DNA from: Vicinamibacteria bacterium
GTDB lineage: Bacteria > Acidobacteriota > Vicinamibacteria > Marinacidobacterales > Marinacidobacteraceae
NCBI GenBank assembly: GCA_963668695.2
Contig: CAXXLQ010000004.1
Location: forward strand, 3,648,001-3,712,000
Direction: 5' to 3'
Length of the DNA stretch: 64,000 nt
Shown: piece after piece, positions 1 to 9,133 of the stretch
How positions within the stretch are numbered: the stretch's first letter is position 1
How the letters are laid out: each line of letters opens with the position of its first letter
Made by a program: the position numbers and the translations under genes
The notes under the pieces: model-generated
The model's input: only the letters and a program-made list of their open reading frames with translations
What the model was told of the DNA's origin: nothing
The model's database searches: none

Positions 1-86
1 CCGTGCGACGCGCCACCGGGAAACCGGTGATCCTCGCCCGGCGGGCGCTGGCGGAGGCGGTGGGCCGGCTGGCGGCGGGCAGCTGA
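1..86 (+). CDS. 3' end of an upstream gene, possibly AroM family
   Basis: Frame 3 reads VRRATGKPVILARRALAEAVGRLAAGS* (TGA 84-86). It resembles AroM C-termini, and AroM genes often neighbour OPT and peptidase genes. Partial. Confidence 0.45.
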   Translation, partial: VRRATGKPVILARRALAEAVGRLAAGS

Positions 87-116
87 CGAATTCGCGCCTC
101 GGCCTCCCGGATGGCT

Positions 117-300
117 ACTAGTAGCAGTAACACCATCGGACCCGGTGAACTAGTAGCAGTAACACCGTCGGACCCAGTGAACTAGTAGCAGTAACGCCCT
201 CTGCTGGACTGCTACTAGTAGCAGCAGCGCTGTCAGACCCGATGAACTAGTAGCAGTAGCACGGTCTGGCGGACTGCTACTAGTAGCAACGACACGGTCA
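117..300. repeat. Six-unit 32-33 bp tandem array with ACTAGTAGCA core
   Basis: Core starts at 117, 149, 181, 214, 246 and 279. Two units carry the perfect palindrome TGCTACTAGTAGCA. Confidence 0.9.
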
Positions 301-618
301 GCCCGGGAACCCTGAAGTCATCAACTTCGCGGAAAGAAGGCTCATCAGCGGGACGCAGGGTTCGCCAACGCGCGGGCGATGCCGGCCCCCCACCGGAGAG
401 GACTGGCCGGATGGTGGCGTTCCCTTGCCTGCGGCACCATCATGCCGGCCGGAGGTCGGAGTTCCGCAAGAACACAATCGGATGTCAGCCGACCTTGTGT
501 CTGTCCGGGCTTGCGTCCGTCCAAGCTCCGGATGGCCCAACTGGCCGACGGGCCGGCCCAGCAACCGGATGGCTTGCGGAAAGGCCATCATGCCTTACTT
601 CCGTACGGAGATCCCGCC

Positions 619-870
619 GTGGCCATCACGTTGACACTTACCCCCAACGGGCAGATCACCCTGCGCAAGGAAGTGCGCGAACACCTGGGAACGAGGCAGG
701 GCGACAAGGTGGACGTGGACCTGCTGCCGGACGGGCAGGTCCTGCTCCGGGCGAAGCCCCGAAAGCCGATCTCGAGCGTTTTCGGCATGTTGGCGGAACC
801 GGGAACGCGCCGGCGCTCCATTGAGGAACTGAACGAGGCTGCGGCCGCGGGATGGGCGCGTGAGGAGTGA
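619..870 (+). CDS. AbrB/MazE/SpoVT-type antitoxin
   Basis: GTG start after GGAG; LTPNGQITLRKEVREHLG...GDKVDV swapped-hairpin motif; GTGA overlap with a PIN gene. Confidence 0.85.
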   Translation: MAITLTLTPNGQITLRKEVREHLGTRQGDKVDVDLLPDGQVLLRAKPRKPISSVFGMLAEPGTRRRSIEELNEAAAAGWAREE

Positions 871-956
871 AGATCACTGCCGATACCAACCTCCTGCTGC
901 GCGCGACCGTGCAGGACGACCCGGCGCAGGCCCGCCTCGCAGAGGCTCTGGCGTGA
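867..956 (+). pseudogene. vapC: Truncated VapC/PIN toxin (29 aa)
   Basis: MKITADTNLLLRATVQDDPAQARLAEALA*: a typical PIN N-terminus (DTN) followed by an early stop. No PIN continuation is visible. Confidence 0.8.
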
Positions 957-1033
957 ACTGCCCGGTGGGGTAGATGCCGAGAGGTGCACTATCCCGGCAC
1001 TGGGAAGTACGCCGCCTCGCCCCGCTGCGCGGG

Positions 1034-1165
1034 GCGGTGCCGGGCCCCACCGGGAGAACTGCCCAGAGGTCGGCGTTCCAAGCCGTCCCCGCGATTCTCC
1101 TCAAACAGCGATGCGCGGTTTCGCTGGGCTTCGCCCAGCGGTGCCGGTCTGAAGACCGGCGTTCC
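1034..1165 (+). repeat. Two REP-like hairpins (GCCGGTCTGAAGACCGGCGTTCC family); the first carries a micro-insertion
   Basis: GCGGTGCCGG...GTCGGCGTTCC with CCCCACCGGGAGAACTG at 1045-1061; an intact GCCGGTCTGAAGACCGGCGTTCC ends at ~1165. Confidence 0.75.
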
Positions 1166-1309
1166 CGTACCTGCGTCCCGTGCACCCGGTCGGCGATGGG
1201 CCCGCCCGCTGCGCTGCGCGCCGCGGTGCCGGTGTGAACACTGGTGTTCCCTTCACGGATACGATGGGAAGACCCAACCACCACCCCGCCACTCACGAGG
1301 AAAGAAGTC

Positions 1310-3316
1310 ATGCGTCTCGCTCGCCGCCACCCGTTCACCTCCGCGCTGGCCGCCGCGCTGCTCACCGGGGTCGCGGCCGCCCCCGCCGCGGGACAGCCCG
1401 CCGTACTGGAGTCCTTCCGTGCCCAGATCGCGCTGAAGTCGGCAGGCAGCCCCCGAATCTCGCCCGAGGGCAGGTTGATCGCGTATTCGGTGACCACGAC
1501 GGAATGGGAGGCCAACCGGTTCGACCGGGAGATCTGGCTGGCTCCACCGGACGGCGAGCCCTTCCAGCTCACCCGCACCGAAGCCGGGAGCAGCACCGGG
1601 CACCGCTGGTCTCCGGACGGGTCCCGCCTCGGCTTCCTCGCGGACCGCGGTGACGGCGAGCAGATCTACCTCATCCCCCCGGAGGGCGGCGAGGCCGAGC
1701 GGCTCACTTCGCACGACGGCGGCATCAGGTCGTTCCGCTTTTCGCCCGACGGTGGCCAGATCGCGTTCGCGGCCACCGACCCCGCTCCCGACGACTTCGA
1801 GGGGCGCGAGGAAAGCTACGGCGACTACGCCGTCGAAGACGCGGACTTCCGCATGTCCCACCTCTGGGTGACCGAGGTGCGAGCGGGAGCCGAGCCCCGC
1901 CGCCTGACCGGGGGAGACGGCTTCACGGTCGGATCGTTCGATTGGTCGCCGGACGGTCGCGAGATCGCGTTCGACCACACGCCCACGCCCCAGGTCAACT
2001 CGTCTCGACAGGCGGACATCTCGGTCGTCGAGGTGGCCACGGGAACGGTTCGGACGCTGGTCGCGGATCCCGCCCGCGAGCGCGGACCCATGTGGTCGCC
2101 GGACGGTGCGCGCATCCTCTTCACCACCTCGGCGGACGCGAACCCTTACTACGGAAACACCGAACTCGCGGTCATCCCGGCAGCAGGCGGCGAATCCCGC
2201 GTTCTGACCGCCGGTTTCGACGAAAACCCGTCCCCGCTGGCGTGGAACGACGCCGGCGTCTTCTTCGTCGCTTCGCAGCGCACCGCGCGCCACCTGTTCG
2301 TGCTGGACCCCGAATCGGGCGAAGTGACCCTCGAGTTGGACACCCCCGAGATGATCATGGCGGCGGACGTCTCGAGCGACGGCTCCACGCTGGCGATCCA
2401 GGGCGAGGACCGCACCACCGTCGCCGAGATCTACCGCAAGCCGCGCGGCGCCGGCGCGCCGGAGCGGGTCACCGACATGACCGCCCAGGTCGCCGGCTGG
2501 GGTGATCTGGGCAGCCGTGAAGTGGTGCGGTGGGAGAGCGAGGACGGCGCCGAGATCGAGGGGGTGCTCATGAAACCTCCCGGCTACGACCCCGGCCGCA
2601 CCTACCCGCTGATGGTGGTCATCCACGGAGGGCCGACCGGCACCTCCAGGCCGCAACTGGTCGGCGGCTACGTCTACCCCGTCCTCGAATGGCTGAAGAA
2701 GGGGGCCGTCGTGATGATGCCCAACTACCGCGGCTCGGCGGGCTACGGCGCCGAGTTCCGCGCGCTCAACGTGCGCAACCTCGGCGTCGGCGACGCGTGG
2801 GACGTTCTCTCCGGGGTCGAGGCCCTGGTGGAGCGGGGCGTCGCGGATCCGACCCGCGTCGCGGCGATGGGCTGGAGCCAGGGCGGCTACATCTCCGCCT
2901 TCCTCACCACCAGCAGCGACCGCTTCCGCGCGATCTCGGTGGGCGCCGGCATCTCCAACTGGATGACCTACTACGTGAACACCGACATCCACGCCTTCAC
3001 CCGCGAGTACCTGAAGGCGACCCCCTGGGACGACCCCGAGATCTACGCCAAGACCTCACCCATGACCTACATCAAGCAGGCCAGCACCCCGACGCTGATC
3101 CAGCATGGCGAGTTCGACGCCCGCGTCCCGACACCCAACGCCTACGAGCTGTACCAGGGACTCCAGGATGTCGGGGCCGAAACCCAGCTCATCATCTACA
3201 AGGGCTTCGGCCACGGGATCACGAAGCCGCGCGAGCGGCTCGCCGCGATGGTGCACAACTGGGAGTGGTTCGCCCGCCACATCTGGGGGGAAGCGGTCGA
3301 TCCCACCAGCGAGTGA
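1310..3316 (+). CDS. S9 family prolyl oligopeptidase/dipeptidyl aminopeptidase, secreted
   Basis: Signal peptide, PD40 (WSPDG) propeller repeats, IHGGP, GWSQGG nucleophile, D..VP and GHG triad residues. ATG 1310 follows an AGGA ribosome-binding site. Confidence 0.93.
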   Translation: MRLARRHPFTSALAAALLTGVAAAPAAGQPAVLESFRAQIALKSAGSPRISPEGRLIAYSVTTTEWEANRFDREIWLAPPDGEPFQLTRTEAGSSTGHRWSPDGSRLGFLADRGDGEQIYLIPPEGGEAERLTSHDGGIRSFRFSPDGGQIAFAATDPAPDDFEGREESYGDYAVEDADFRMSHLWVTEVRAGAEPRRLTGGDGFTVGSFDWSPDGREIAFDHTPTPQVNSSRQADISVVEVATGTVRTLVADPARERGPMWSPDGARILFTTSADANPYYGNTELAVIPAAGGESRVLTAGFDENPSPLAWNDAGVFFVASQRTARHLFVLDPESGEVTLELDTPEMIMAADVSSDGSTLAIQGEDRTTVAEIYRKPRGAGAPERVTDMTAQVAGWGDLGSREVVRWESEDGAEIEGVLMKPPGYDPGRTYPLMVVIHGGPTGTSRPQLVGGYVYPVLEWLKKGAVVMMPNYRGSAGYGAEFRALNVRNLGVGDAWDVLSGVEALVERGVADPTRVAAMGWSQGGYISAFLTTSSDRFRAISVGAGISNWMTYYVNTDIHAFTREYLKATPWDDPEIYAKTSPMTYIKQASTPTLIQHGEFDARVPTPNAYELYQGLQDVGAETQLIIYKGFGHGITKPRERLAAMVHNWEWFARHIWGEAVDPTSE

Positions 3317-3384
3317 GCGCGGCGCACTTCTAGCCGTCCCCGCGCTTTCTTCCGGTCGCGGTGGGCGTTTCGCCCCCTGTGGGG

Positions 3385-3431
3385 GCGATGCCGGTCTGAA
3401 GGCCCGCACCGGGAGAACTGGCCGGCGCTCC
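3385..3431 (+). repeat. REP-like hairpin interrupted by a 19-bp micro-insertion
   Basis: GATGCCGGTCTGAAGG[CCCGCACCGGGAGAACTGG]CCGGCGCTCC. Confidence 0.85.
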
Positions 3432-3451
3432 GGGCCCATACTTGGCGACGC

Positions 3452-5032
3452 ATGGCTGAGGTGAGCGGGAAGCGGCATCCGAGCCTGTTCGAGCCGGCGA
3501 CGCTGTTGTTCGGCGCGGCCCTCGCGCTGCTCGGCGCGGTGATCGGCATGGAGCTGCTGACCCGGGTCGGGATCACCCCGAACAGCTCGATCATCGCCGC
3601 CGTCATCGCCATCGCGGTGGGGCGGCTGCCGCTCGCGGTCACCCGCCGGTTCCGCAGCACCGCCCGGCAGAACCTGCTGCAGACGGTCATTTCGGCCGCC
3701 ACCTTCGGAGGCGCGAACGCCGTCCTCCTCCCGGCCGGGATGGTGTGGCTCTTCGGACGGCCGGATCTGGTCCCCGCGATGATCTTCGGGGCGGTACTGG
3801 GCGCGCTCCTCGACATCGCCATGCTCTACCGGCTCTTCGGCAGCCAGGCGTTTCCCGCGGAGGGCCTCTGGCCGTCGGGAATCGCCACCGCGGAATGCCT
3901 CCGGGCGGGAGACGAAGGCGGCAAGCGAGCGGCGCTCCTCGTCACCGGGGGGGCGCTCGGAGCGCTCGGCCGCCTCGCCGGGATACCGACCGACATCGTG
4001 GGGGTCTGCTGGATCGGAAACCAGGTGGCGCTCCTGATGTTCGGGCTCGGGCTCCTCGCCCGCGGCTACGCCCCCGAATTCCTCAGCGTGGACCTTGCCG
4101 CGATCCACGCGCCCCACGGGGTGATGATCGGCGCCGGCGCGGTCGCGCTCTGGCAGATGGGGCGTGCGGTGCGGGGAGCCAAAGCCTCCGACCCGGCGGC
4201 GCCAAACCAACCGCCCCGGGCCGGTCTCTCGACCTTCGCAACCGGCTACGCGGCCTTCGCGGGCGCCGCCGCGATCGTGGCCCTGCTCGCCGGGCTCGCC
4301 ACCGGGATGGGCGCCGCCGGAATCCTCGCCTTCAGCGCCTTCGCGGCGGCCGCGGCCCTCATTTCGGAACTGCTGGTGGGCGTCGCCGCGATGCATTCGG
4401 GCTGGTTCCCGGCGTTCGCCACTTCGCTCATCTTCCTGCTGCTCGGAATGCTGCTCGGGTTTCCGCCGCTCGCGCTGGTCGTTCTCGCCGGGTTCGCTTC
4501 GGCGACCGGACCCGCGTTCGCCGACATGGGCTACGACCTGAAGGCCGGCTGGATCCTGCGGGGCGAAGGCAAGGATCCGGACTACGAGCGGGCCGGGCGG
4601 CGAGCCCAGCGAAGCGCCGAGGTGTTCGGGCTGCTCGTCGCTTCCGGACTCGTCCTGATGACCTACACCGCCTACTTCGAGGCGGACCTCTTCCCGCCCT
4701 ACGACCGGGTGGCGGTCGCGACCATCGCCGCCGGCCAGAACCCCGACCTCGCAGGGCAGCTTGCGCTCTGGATGGTTCCCGGCGCGATCCTGCAGTTCCT
4801 CGGCGGACCGAAGCGGCAGATGGGGGTCCTCTTCGCGACCGGCCTCCTGATCGTGAACCCGGTGGCCGGCTGGACCGCCCTCGCCGCGCTCTTCGTCCGG
4901 CGCCTCGTGAGCTGGCGTACCGGAGACCGGTTCGACTCCCAGCGCTACATGCTGGCCGGAGGGCTCATCGCCGGCAGCGCCCTGATGAGCTTTTCGTCCG
5001 GGGTCGCCTCCGGGATGTTCAGCCGCCGGTGA
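3452..5032 (+). CDS. OPT/YSL-like oligopeptide transporter
   Basis: Polytopic membrane protein with GITPNSSII, QNLLQTVISAATFG and GPAFADMGYDLKAG motifs; lies next to a peptidase. Confidence 0.75.
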   Translation: MAEVSGKRHPSLFEPATLLFGAALALLGAVIGMELLTRVGITPNSSIIAAVIAIAVGRLPLAVTRRFRSTARQNLLQTVISAATFGGANAVLLPAGMVWLFGRPDLVPAMIFGAVLGALLDIAMLYRLFGSQAFPAEGLWPSGIATAECLRAGDEGGKRAALLVTGGALGALGRLAGIPTDIVGVCWIGNQVALLMFGLGLLARGYAPEFLSVDLAAIHAPHGVMIGAGAVALWQMGRAVRGAKASDPAAPNQPPRAGLSTFATGYAAFAGAAAIVALLAGLATGMGAAGILAFSAFAAAAALISELLVGVAAMHSGWFPAFATSLIFLLLGMLLGFPPLALVVLAGFASATGPAFADMGYDLKAGWILRGEGKDPDYERAGRRAQRSAEVFGLLVASGLVLMTYTAYFEADLFPPYDRVAVATIAAGQNPDLAGQLALWMVPGAILQFLGGPKRQMGVLFATGLLIVNPVAGWTALAALFVRRLVSWRTGDRFDSQRYMLAGGLIAGSALMSFSSGVASGMFSRR

Positions 5033-5065
5033 CGGGGCGGTTAACAGGGCGGTTAACAGGGCGGT
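5032..5065. repeat. 12-bp tandem repeat (ACAGGGCGGTTA, about 3 units)
   Basis: gacggggcggttaacagggcggttaacagggcggta. Confidence 0.8.
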
Positions 5066-5077
5066 ACCATCCTCGGG

Positions 5078-5944
5078 ATGTCCCGAGGCGGCCTGCGCGC
5101 GGGCGCCGGACTGGCCGCGCTCGCTTTCCTGAACCTTTCAGGGTGCGGCGAGGGCCAGCAGAACGAAGGTCCGCGCCCCCTGGTGGTGGCAGCCGACGTG
5201 GGCTTCGCCCCGCACGCGATGATGGCGCCGAACGGCGAGCTGGAAGGCTTCAACGTGGATCTCGCGCGGGAGATCGCGGCCCGGCTCGGCCGGCCGGGCT
5301 TCGAGATCGTCGACTCCGAGTGGTCGTCCATCTTCTCGGGGCTCTACGCGAAGAAGTTCGAGTTCGTGATCGCCCCCACCACGATCACCGAGGGGCGGGC
5401 CCGGCGCGTGCTGCTCACCGAGGGCTATCTGGACACCGACCCGGTCTTTCTCCGCCGCAACGATGACCCCGAGCTGACCGACCTCGCCCAGCTCCAGGGA
5501 CAGTCGATCGCGGTGAACAACGGCTCGGCCTACGACCTCTGGGCGACCGACAACTACGAAGCGCTCGGCTTCGAGGTGCTGCGCTACGGAAAGAACGCGG
5601 ACGCGGTGCAGGCGGTGCTTTCGGGGCGGGCGTTCGCCAACCTGGTGGGCGAGTCGGTCGCCATGTGGGCCATCCGCCAGAACGCCGGGGTGCGGGCCGA
5701 CTACCGCATCCGGGCCGAAACCGCCTTCGCCGCAGCGTTCCGGAACGACGACGTCGCGTTCCGCAACGAGGTCGAGACCATTCTCGAGTGCATGAAGGCG
5801 GACGGGACGATCGCGCGGATCCACCGCGAATGGCTGGGTACCGATCCGGCGCCCGGCTCGGCCGCGGTGACTCCCTATCCCGGATTCGGGCCGCCGGGGC
5901 TCCCCGGATTCATGGCGACCCCGGACCGGAAGCCCTGCGAGTAG
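5078..5944 (+). CDS. Polar amino-acid ABC transporter substrate-binding lipoprotein
   Basis: Lipobox LSGC; GFNVDLA and TITEGR motifs of SBP family 3. Confidence 0.9.
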   Translation: MSRGGLRAGAGLAALAFLNLSGCGEGQQNEGPRPLVVAADVGFAPHAMMAPNGELEGFNVDLAREIAARLGRPGFEIVDSEWSSIFSGLYAKKFEFVIAPTTITEGRARRVLLTEGYLDTDPVFLRRNDDPELTDLAQLQGQSIAVNNGSAYDLWATDNYEALGFEVLRYGKNADAVQAVLSGRAFANLVGESVAMWAIRQNAGVRADYRIRAETAFAAAFRNDDVAFRNEVETILECMKADGTIARIHREWLGTDPAPGSAAVTPYPGFGPPGLPGFMATPDRKPCE

Positions 5945-5950
5945 CACCTC

Positions 5951-6724
5951 GTGGGCGAAGTCGCGCGAGCGCCGGGCGACTTCGCCCACGGGGTGCTCAA
6001 TCCGGTTCTCGAGCTCCGGGGGGTCGGGAAGACCTTCGCCGGCATCCCTGCCCTCCGGGACATCCACCTCGCGGTCGGCGACTCGGAACTCGTGGCGCTC
6101 ATCGGGCCCTCGGGTTCGGGGAAGAGCACCCTGCTCCGCTGCTGCAACCGGCTCGCCGAGCCCGACGCCGGCGAGGTCTTCTTCGAAGGCCGTCCGGTCC
6201 CGGCGGCGGGCAGCGAACTCGCGTCCGTGCGAAGGCGCATGGGCATGGTCTTCCAGGCGTTCAACCTCTACCCGCACCTGACCGCGCTCCAAAACGCCGC
6301 GCTCGCTCCGCGCCGCGCGGCAGGGCTCACCCAGAGCGACGCCGAGGCGGCCGCCCGGGAGGCGCTCGAACGCGTGGGGCTCGGGGACCGGACCGGCGCC
6401 ATGCCCGACGAACTCTCGGGCGGCCAGCAGCAGCGGGTCGCTATCGCGCGGGCGCTGGCGCTCCGTCCCCACATCCTGCTGCTCGACGAGCCCACGAGCG
6501 CCCTCGACCCCGAACTCGTGGGCAGCGTGCTCCGGGTGATCCGGTCGCTCAAGGAGGACGGGGTCGCGATGCTGATCGCCACCCACGAGATCAGCTTCGC
6601 CCGGGAGGCCGCCGACCGGATCGCCTTCCTCGCCGACGGGCGGATCCTCGAGATCGGCCCGCCGGAGGAAATCCTCGACCAGCCGAAGAGCGAACGGCTC
6701 CAGAGCTTCCTGAGCCGGCTTTAA
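5951..6724 (+). CDS. Polar amino-acid ABC transporter ATPase (GlnQ-like)
   Basis: GPSGSGKS, LSGGQQQRVAIARAL, DEPTSALDPE. Confidence 0.95.
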   Translation: MGEVARAPGDFAHGVLNPVLELRGVGKTFAGIPALRDIHLAVGDSELVALIGPSGSGKSTLLRCCNRLAEPDAGEVFFEGRPVPAAGSELASVRRRMGMVFQAFNLYPHLTALQNAALAPRRAAGLTQSDAEAAAREALERVGLGDRTGAMPDELSGGQQQRVAIARALALRPHILLLDEPTSALDPELVGSVLRVIRSLKEDGVAMLIATHEISFAREAADRIAFLADGRILEIGPPEEILDQPKSERLQSFLSRL

Positions 6725-6939
6725 CAACCTGTGATGAAACCCGAGCGGCCCAGTTCTCCCGGTGGGGGCTCGGCCGGCGATCCATCCCGGCTGAACCACT
6801 GCGCTTCGCTCCGTTCTGCGTTGCGTTTCGGTCGCAATACACCCGGGCCAGTTCTCCCGGTGGGGGCTCCTCCCTCACGCGCCTTGTCAGCCGGGCGCCT
6901 CGCCGGCCTCGGCGCTCACCCGGGTTCCACCACAGGCTG
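6725..6939 (-). mobile_element. ~180-bp structured MITE-like element, copy A, with 2 micro-insertions
   Basis: Ends CAACCTGTGATGAAACCC / GGGTTCCACCACAGGCTG; flanks TTAA / TTGA; micro-insertions at 6750-6768 and 6848-6866. For all copies, the strand given is the G-U-compatible folding strand. Confidence 0.9.
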
Positions 6940-6956
6940 TTGAGGCGCTTCCAGCG

Positions 6957-7625
6957 ATGCGGATCTTCTTCGACCCGGAGGTCCTCGCCGCCGCCTGGCC
7001 GGGCATCCGTTCGGGGCTCGGGGTAACGCTCGGGCTGGCGCTCTCCTCGATCACCGCCGGAGTCGCGCTCGGGCTGCTGCTCGCGACGATGCGGGCCCTC
7101 CTCCGGGGGGCGCCGCTCCGCCCCATCAGCGGCCTGATCGCCGCCTACGCCGACATCTTCCGGGCCATGCCGCCGCTCGTCCTGCTGGTGGTCCTCTACT
7201 TCGCCGCGCCGTTCGCCGGGATCGAGCTGAGTGGGTTCATGGCGTCCTTCGTGGCGCTCGGGCTCGTGCTCGGCGCTTCCGCCGAAGAGATCTTCTGGGC
7301 CGGGATCACCTCGGTGAACCGGGGCCAGTGGGAGGCCGCGCTCTCCACCGGCCTGAGCCGCGGCACCGTGCTCCGCCAGGTGGTCCTGCCGCAGGCGCTT
7401 CGGCTCACGATCCCCCCGCTCACCAACCGGGCGATCGCCACCGGCAAGAACACCGCGCTCGCTTCGGTGGTGGCGGTGCCCGAGGTACTGAACCAGGCCG
7501 CGAGCATCCAGGCGCAGACCGCGAGTCCGGCGCCGCTCCTGCTCGCCGCGGGGGTCTATGTGGCCCTCTTCCTGCCCCTGGTCCGCGTGGGGCGCTGGCT
7601 GGAGACCCGCTTCCCCACCCGCTGA
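6957..7625 (+). CDS. Amino-acid ABC transporter permease
   Basis: FRAMPPLV, GQWEAALSTGL (EAA loop), KNTAL. Confidence 0.92.
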   Translation: MRIFFDPEVLAAAWPGIRSGLGVTLGLALSSITAGVALGLLLATMRALLRGAPLRPISGLIAAYADIFRAMPPLVLLVVLYFAAPFAGIELSGFMASFVALGLVLGASAEEIFWAGITSVNRGQWEAALSTGLSRGTVLRQVVLPQALRLTIPPLTNRAIATGKNTALASVVAVPEVLNQAASIQAQTASPAPLLLAAGVYVALFLPLVRVGRWLETRFPTR

Positions 7626-7631
7626 GCCGCC

Positions 7632-8303
7632 GTGTCCGAGTTCTTCCAGACCTTCCTGAACCTCGAGGTCATGGCGGAGAGCTCCGGGCTCTTGCTGCGC
7701 GGACTGGTCGTGACCCTGGAGGCGTGTCTCATCGTGGTCCCCGGGGGGCTCTTCTTCGGGGCGGCGCTCGCCCTCTCCCACACGCTCGCCCCCGCGTCAG
7801 CGACCCGGATCCTCTCTTGGGGAGTCGATCTCGTGCGCGCCTTCCCGCCGCTGGTGCTGCTGGTGCTGGTCGTCCACGGCCTCCCCTTCCTGGGGTTCGA
7901 ACCGCCGCCGCTCCTCGGCGTCGGGATCGCGCTCACTATCAACACCTCGACCTACTACGGAGAGATCCTGCGGGCCGGCATCGAGAGCATCGAGCCGACC
8001 CAGTGGGAGGCGGCGCGCTCCACCGGCCTCGGAACCGCCGCCACCCTCCGCTACGTGGTGCTTCCCCAGGGAATCCGGAACGTGCTCCCCGACCTCGCGG
8101 GAAACACCCTGGAAGCCGTGAAGCTGACCTCGCTGGCCAGCGTAGTGGCGCTCCCCGACCTGCTGCGGATGGCGCGGGTGGCGCAGGGGGTCCACTTCAA
8201 CCCGTCGCCGCTGATCCTCGCCGCGCTCCTGTATCTCGCGATCCTCTGGCCGCTCGTCCGGCTGGTGCGGCGCCTTGGGGGCCGGGCGGTGCTGCCGGCC
8301 TAG
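7632..8303 (+). CDS. Amino-acid ABC transporter permease
   Basis: EILRAGIESI, QWEAARSTGL, KLTSLAS. Confidence 0.92.
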   Translation: MSEFFQTFLNLEVMAESSGLLLRGLVVTLEACLIVVPGGLFFGAALALSHTLAPASATRILSWGVDLVRAFPPLVLLVLVVHGLPFLGFEPPPLLGVGIALTINTSTYYGEILRAGIESIEPTQWEAARSTGLGTAATLRYVVLPQGIRNVLPDLAGNTLEAVKLTSLASVVALPDLLRMARVAQGVHFNPSPLILAALLYLAILWPLVRLVRRLGGRAVLPA

Positions 8304-8402
8304 CGGATCAGTCCGGGCAGGTCGCCGAAGCGCACCAAGGGGAAATTACGACGGAATTCCGTCCCCGGGCGGCGGCGCCTGGGCCATGGGAGGCGTGCTA
8401 AG

Positions 8403-8666
8403 GTGAAAGTCATGGATGTCGACCCCCGCGAGGAACTTCAGCGCCTCGTCGCCCGGTTGCCGGAGCCCATCGTCCCCGCAGCGCTCCGTGCCGTCACGGA
8501 ATTGGCCGTCCAGCGCGATCCCTTCCTGGCCCACGTCCTGGCGGCCGAAGAGGACGATGAGGAGTTGAACGAAGTCGGACGGCGAATGCTGGCAGAGGCC
8601 CAGGACGATTCCCAGGCCGGAAAAACGCATTCCCTGGAGGAAGTGGAGCGGGAGCTGGGCCTTTGA
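8403..8666 (+). CDS. Antitoxin of a RelE-family TA pair
   Basis: Acidic 87-aa protein ending SLEEVERELGL; its TGA overlaps the TTG start of relE. Confidence 0.75.
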   Translation: MKVMDVDPREELQRLVARLPEPIVPAALRAVTELAVQRDPFLAHVLAAEEDDEELNEVGRRMLAEAQDDSQAGKTHSLEEVERELGL

Positions 8667-9100
8667 GGCCCACGCTCCGATTCACGAATCGCGCCCTCCG
8701 CGATCTCAAGCGTCTCGACGCACCAACCCACGCGCGGATCCTGGCGGGGATCAAGCAATACGTGGACTCTCCTCCTGCTAACAGCCTGTGGTGAAACCCA
8801 AGCGGCGTTCGAGCGGCGATCCATCCCGTCTGAACCACGCCGCTTTGCGGCGCTCTGCGTTGCGTTTCGGTCGAAATACACCCGGTATTCCTCCCTCACG
8901 CGCCTTGTCAGCCGGGCGCCTCGCCGCTCTCGGCGCTCACCCGGGTTCCACCACAGGCTGCTAAGGCAGTTCGGCTCAAGGGCGCCGGCGACACCTTACG
9001 TATCCGGATCGGCGACTGGCGAGTGTTGTTCGTTTTTCAGACGGTGGAGAACGTCGTCGAGATCCAACGGGTAGTGCATCGCTCTCAGGCGTATCGGTGA
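8663..9100 (+). pseudogene. relE: RelE/StbE toxin disrupted by MITE copy B
   Basis: Removing 8782-8964 restores ...RALRDLKRLDAP...PPAKAVRLKGAGDTLRIRIGDWRVLF...VVHRSQAYR*. The insertion introduces an in-frame TGA at 8792-8794. Confidence 0.9.
8782..8960 (-). mobile_element. MITE copy B (179-bp reference copy, exact CTAA target duplication)
   Basis: CTAA at 8778-8781 and 8961-8964; terminal inverted repeats CAGCCTGTGGTG...CACCACAGGCTG; no micro-insertion. Confidence 0.95.
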
Positions 9101-9133
9101 GCCGTGTGACCGGAGCTCGAGTTCCCAGGAGTC

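Noticed and set aside
117-300. CRISPR array interpretation of the 32-33 bp repeats
   Set aside because: The conserved part is only 10-15 bp, the linkers are related to each other, the period is too short and no cas genes are visible.
6725-6939. Assigning the ~180-bp element to a known ncRNA (SRP, 6S, tRNA) or to integron attC sites
   Set aside because: It is multi-copy with target duplications, lacks the diagnostic motifs I could check by eye, and there is no integrase or cassette organisation. An Rfam search is still needed.
8792-8794. Readthrough or selenocysteine at the TGA in relE, since the insertion is in frame
   Set aside because: No evidence for a SECIS element, and a 61-aa insert in a small RNase would probably be disruptive. 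Simple inactivation is more parsimonious.
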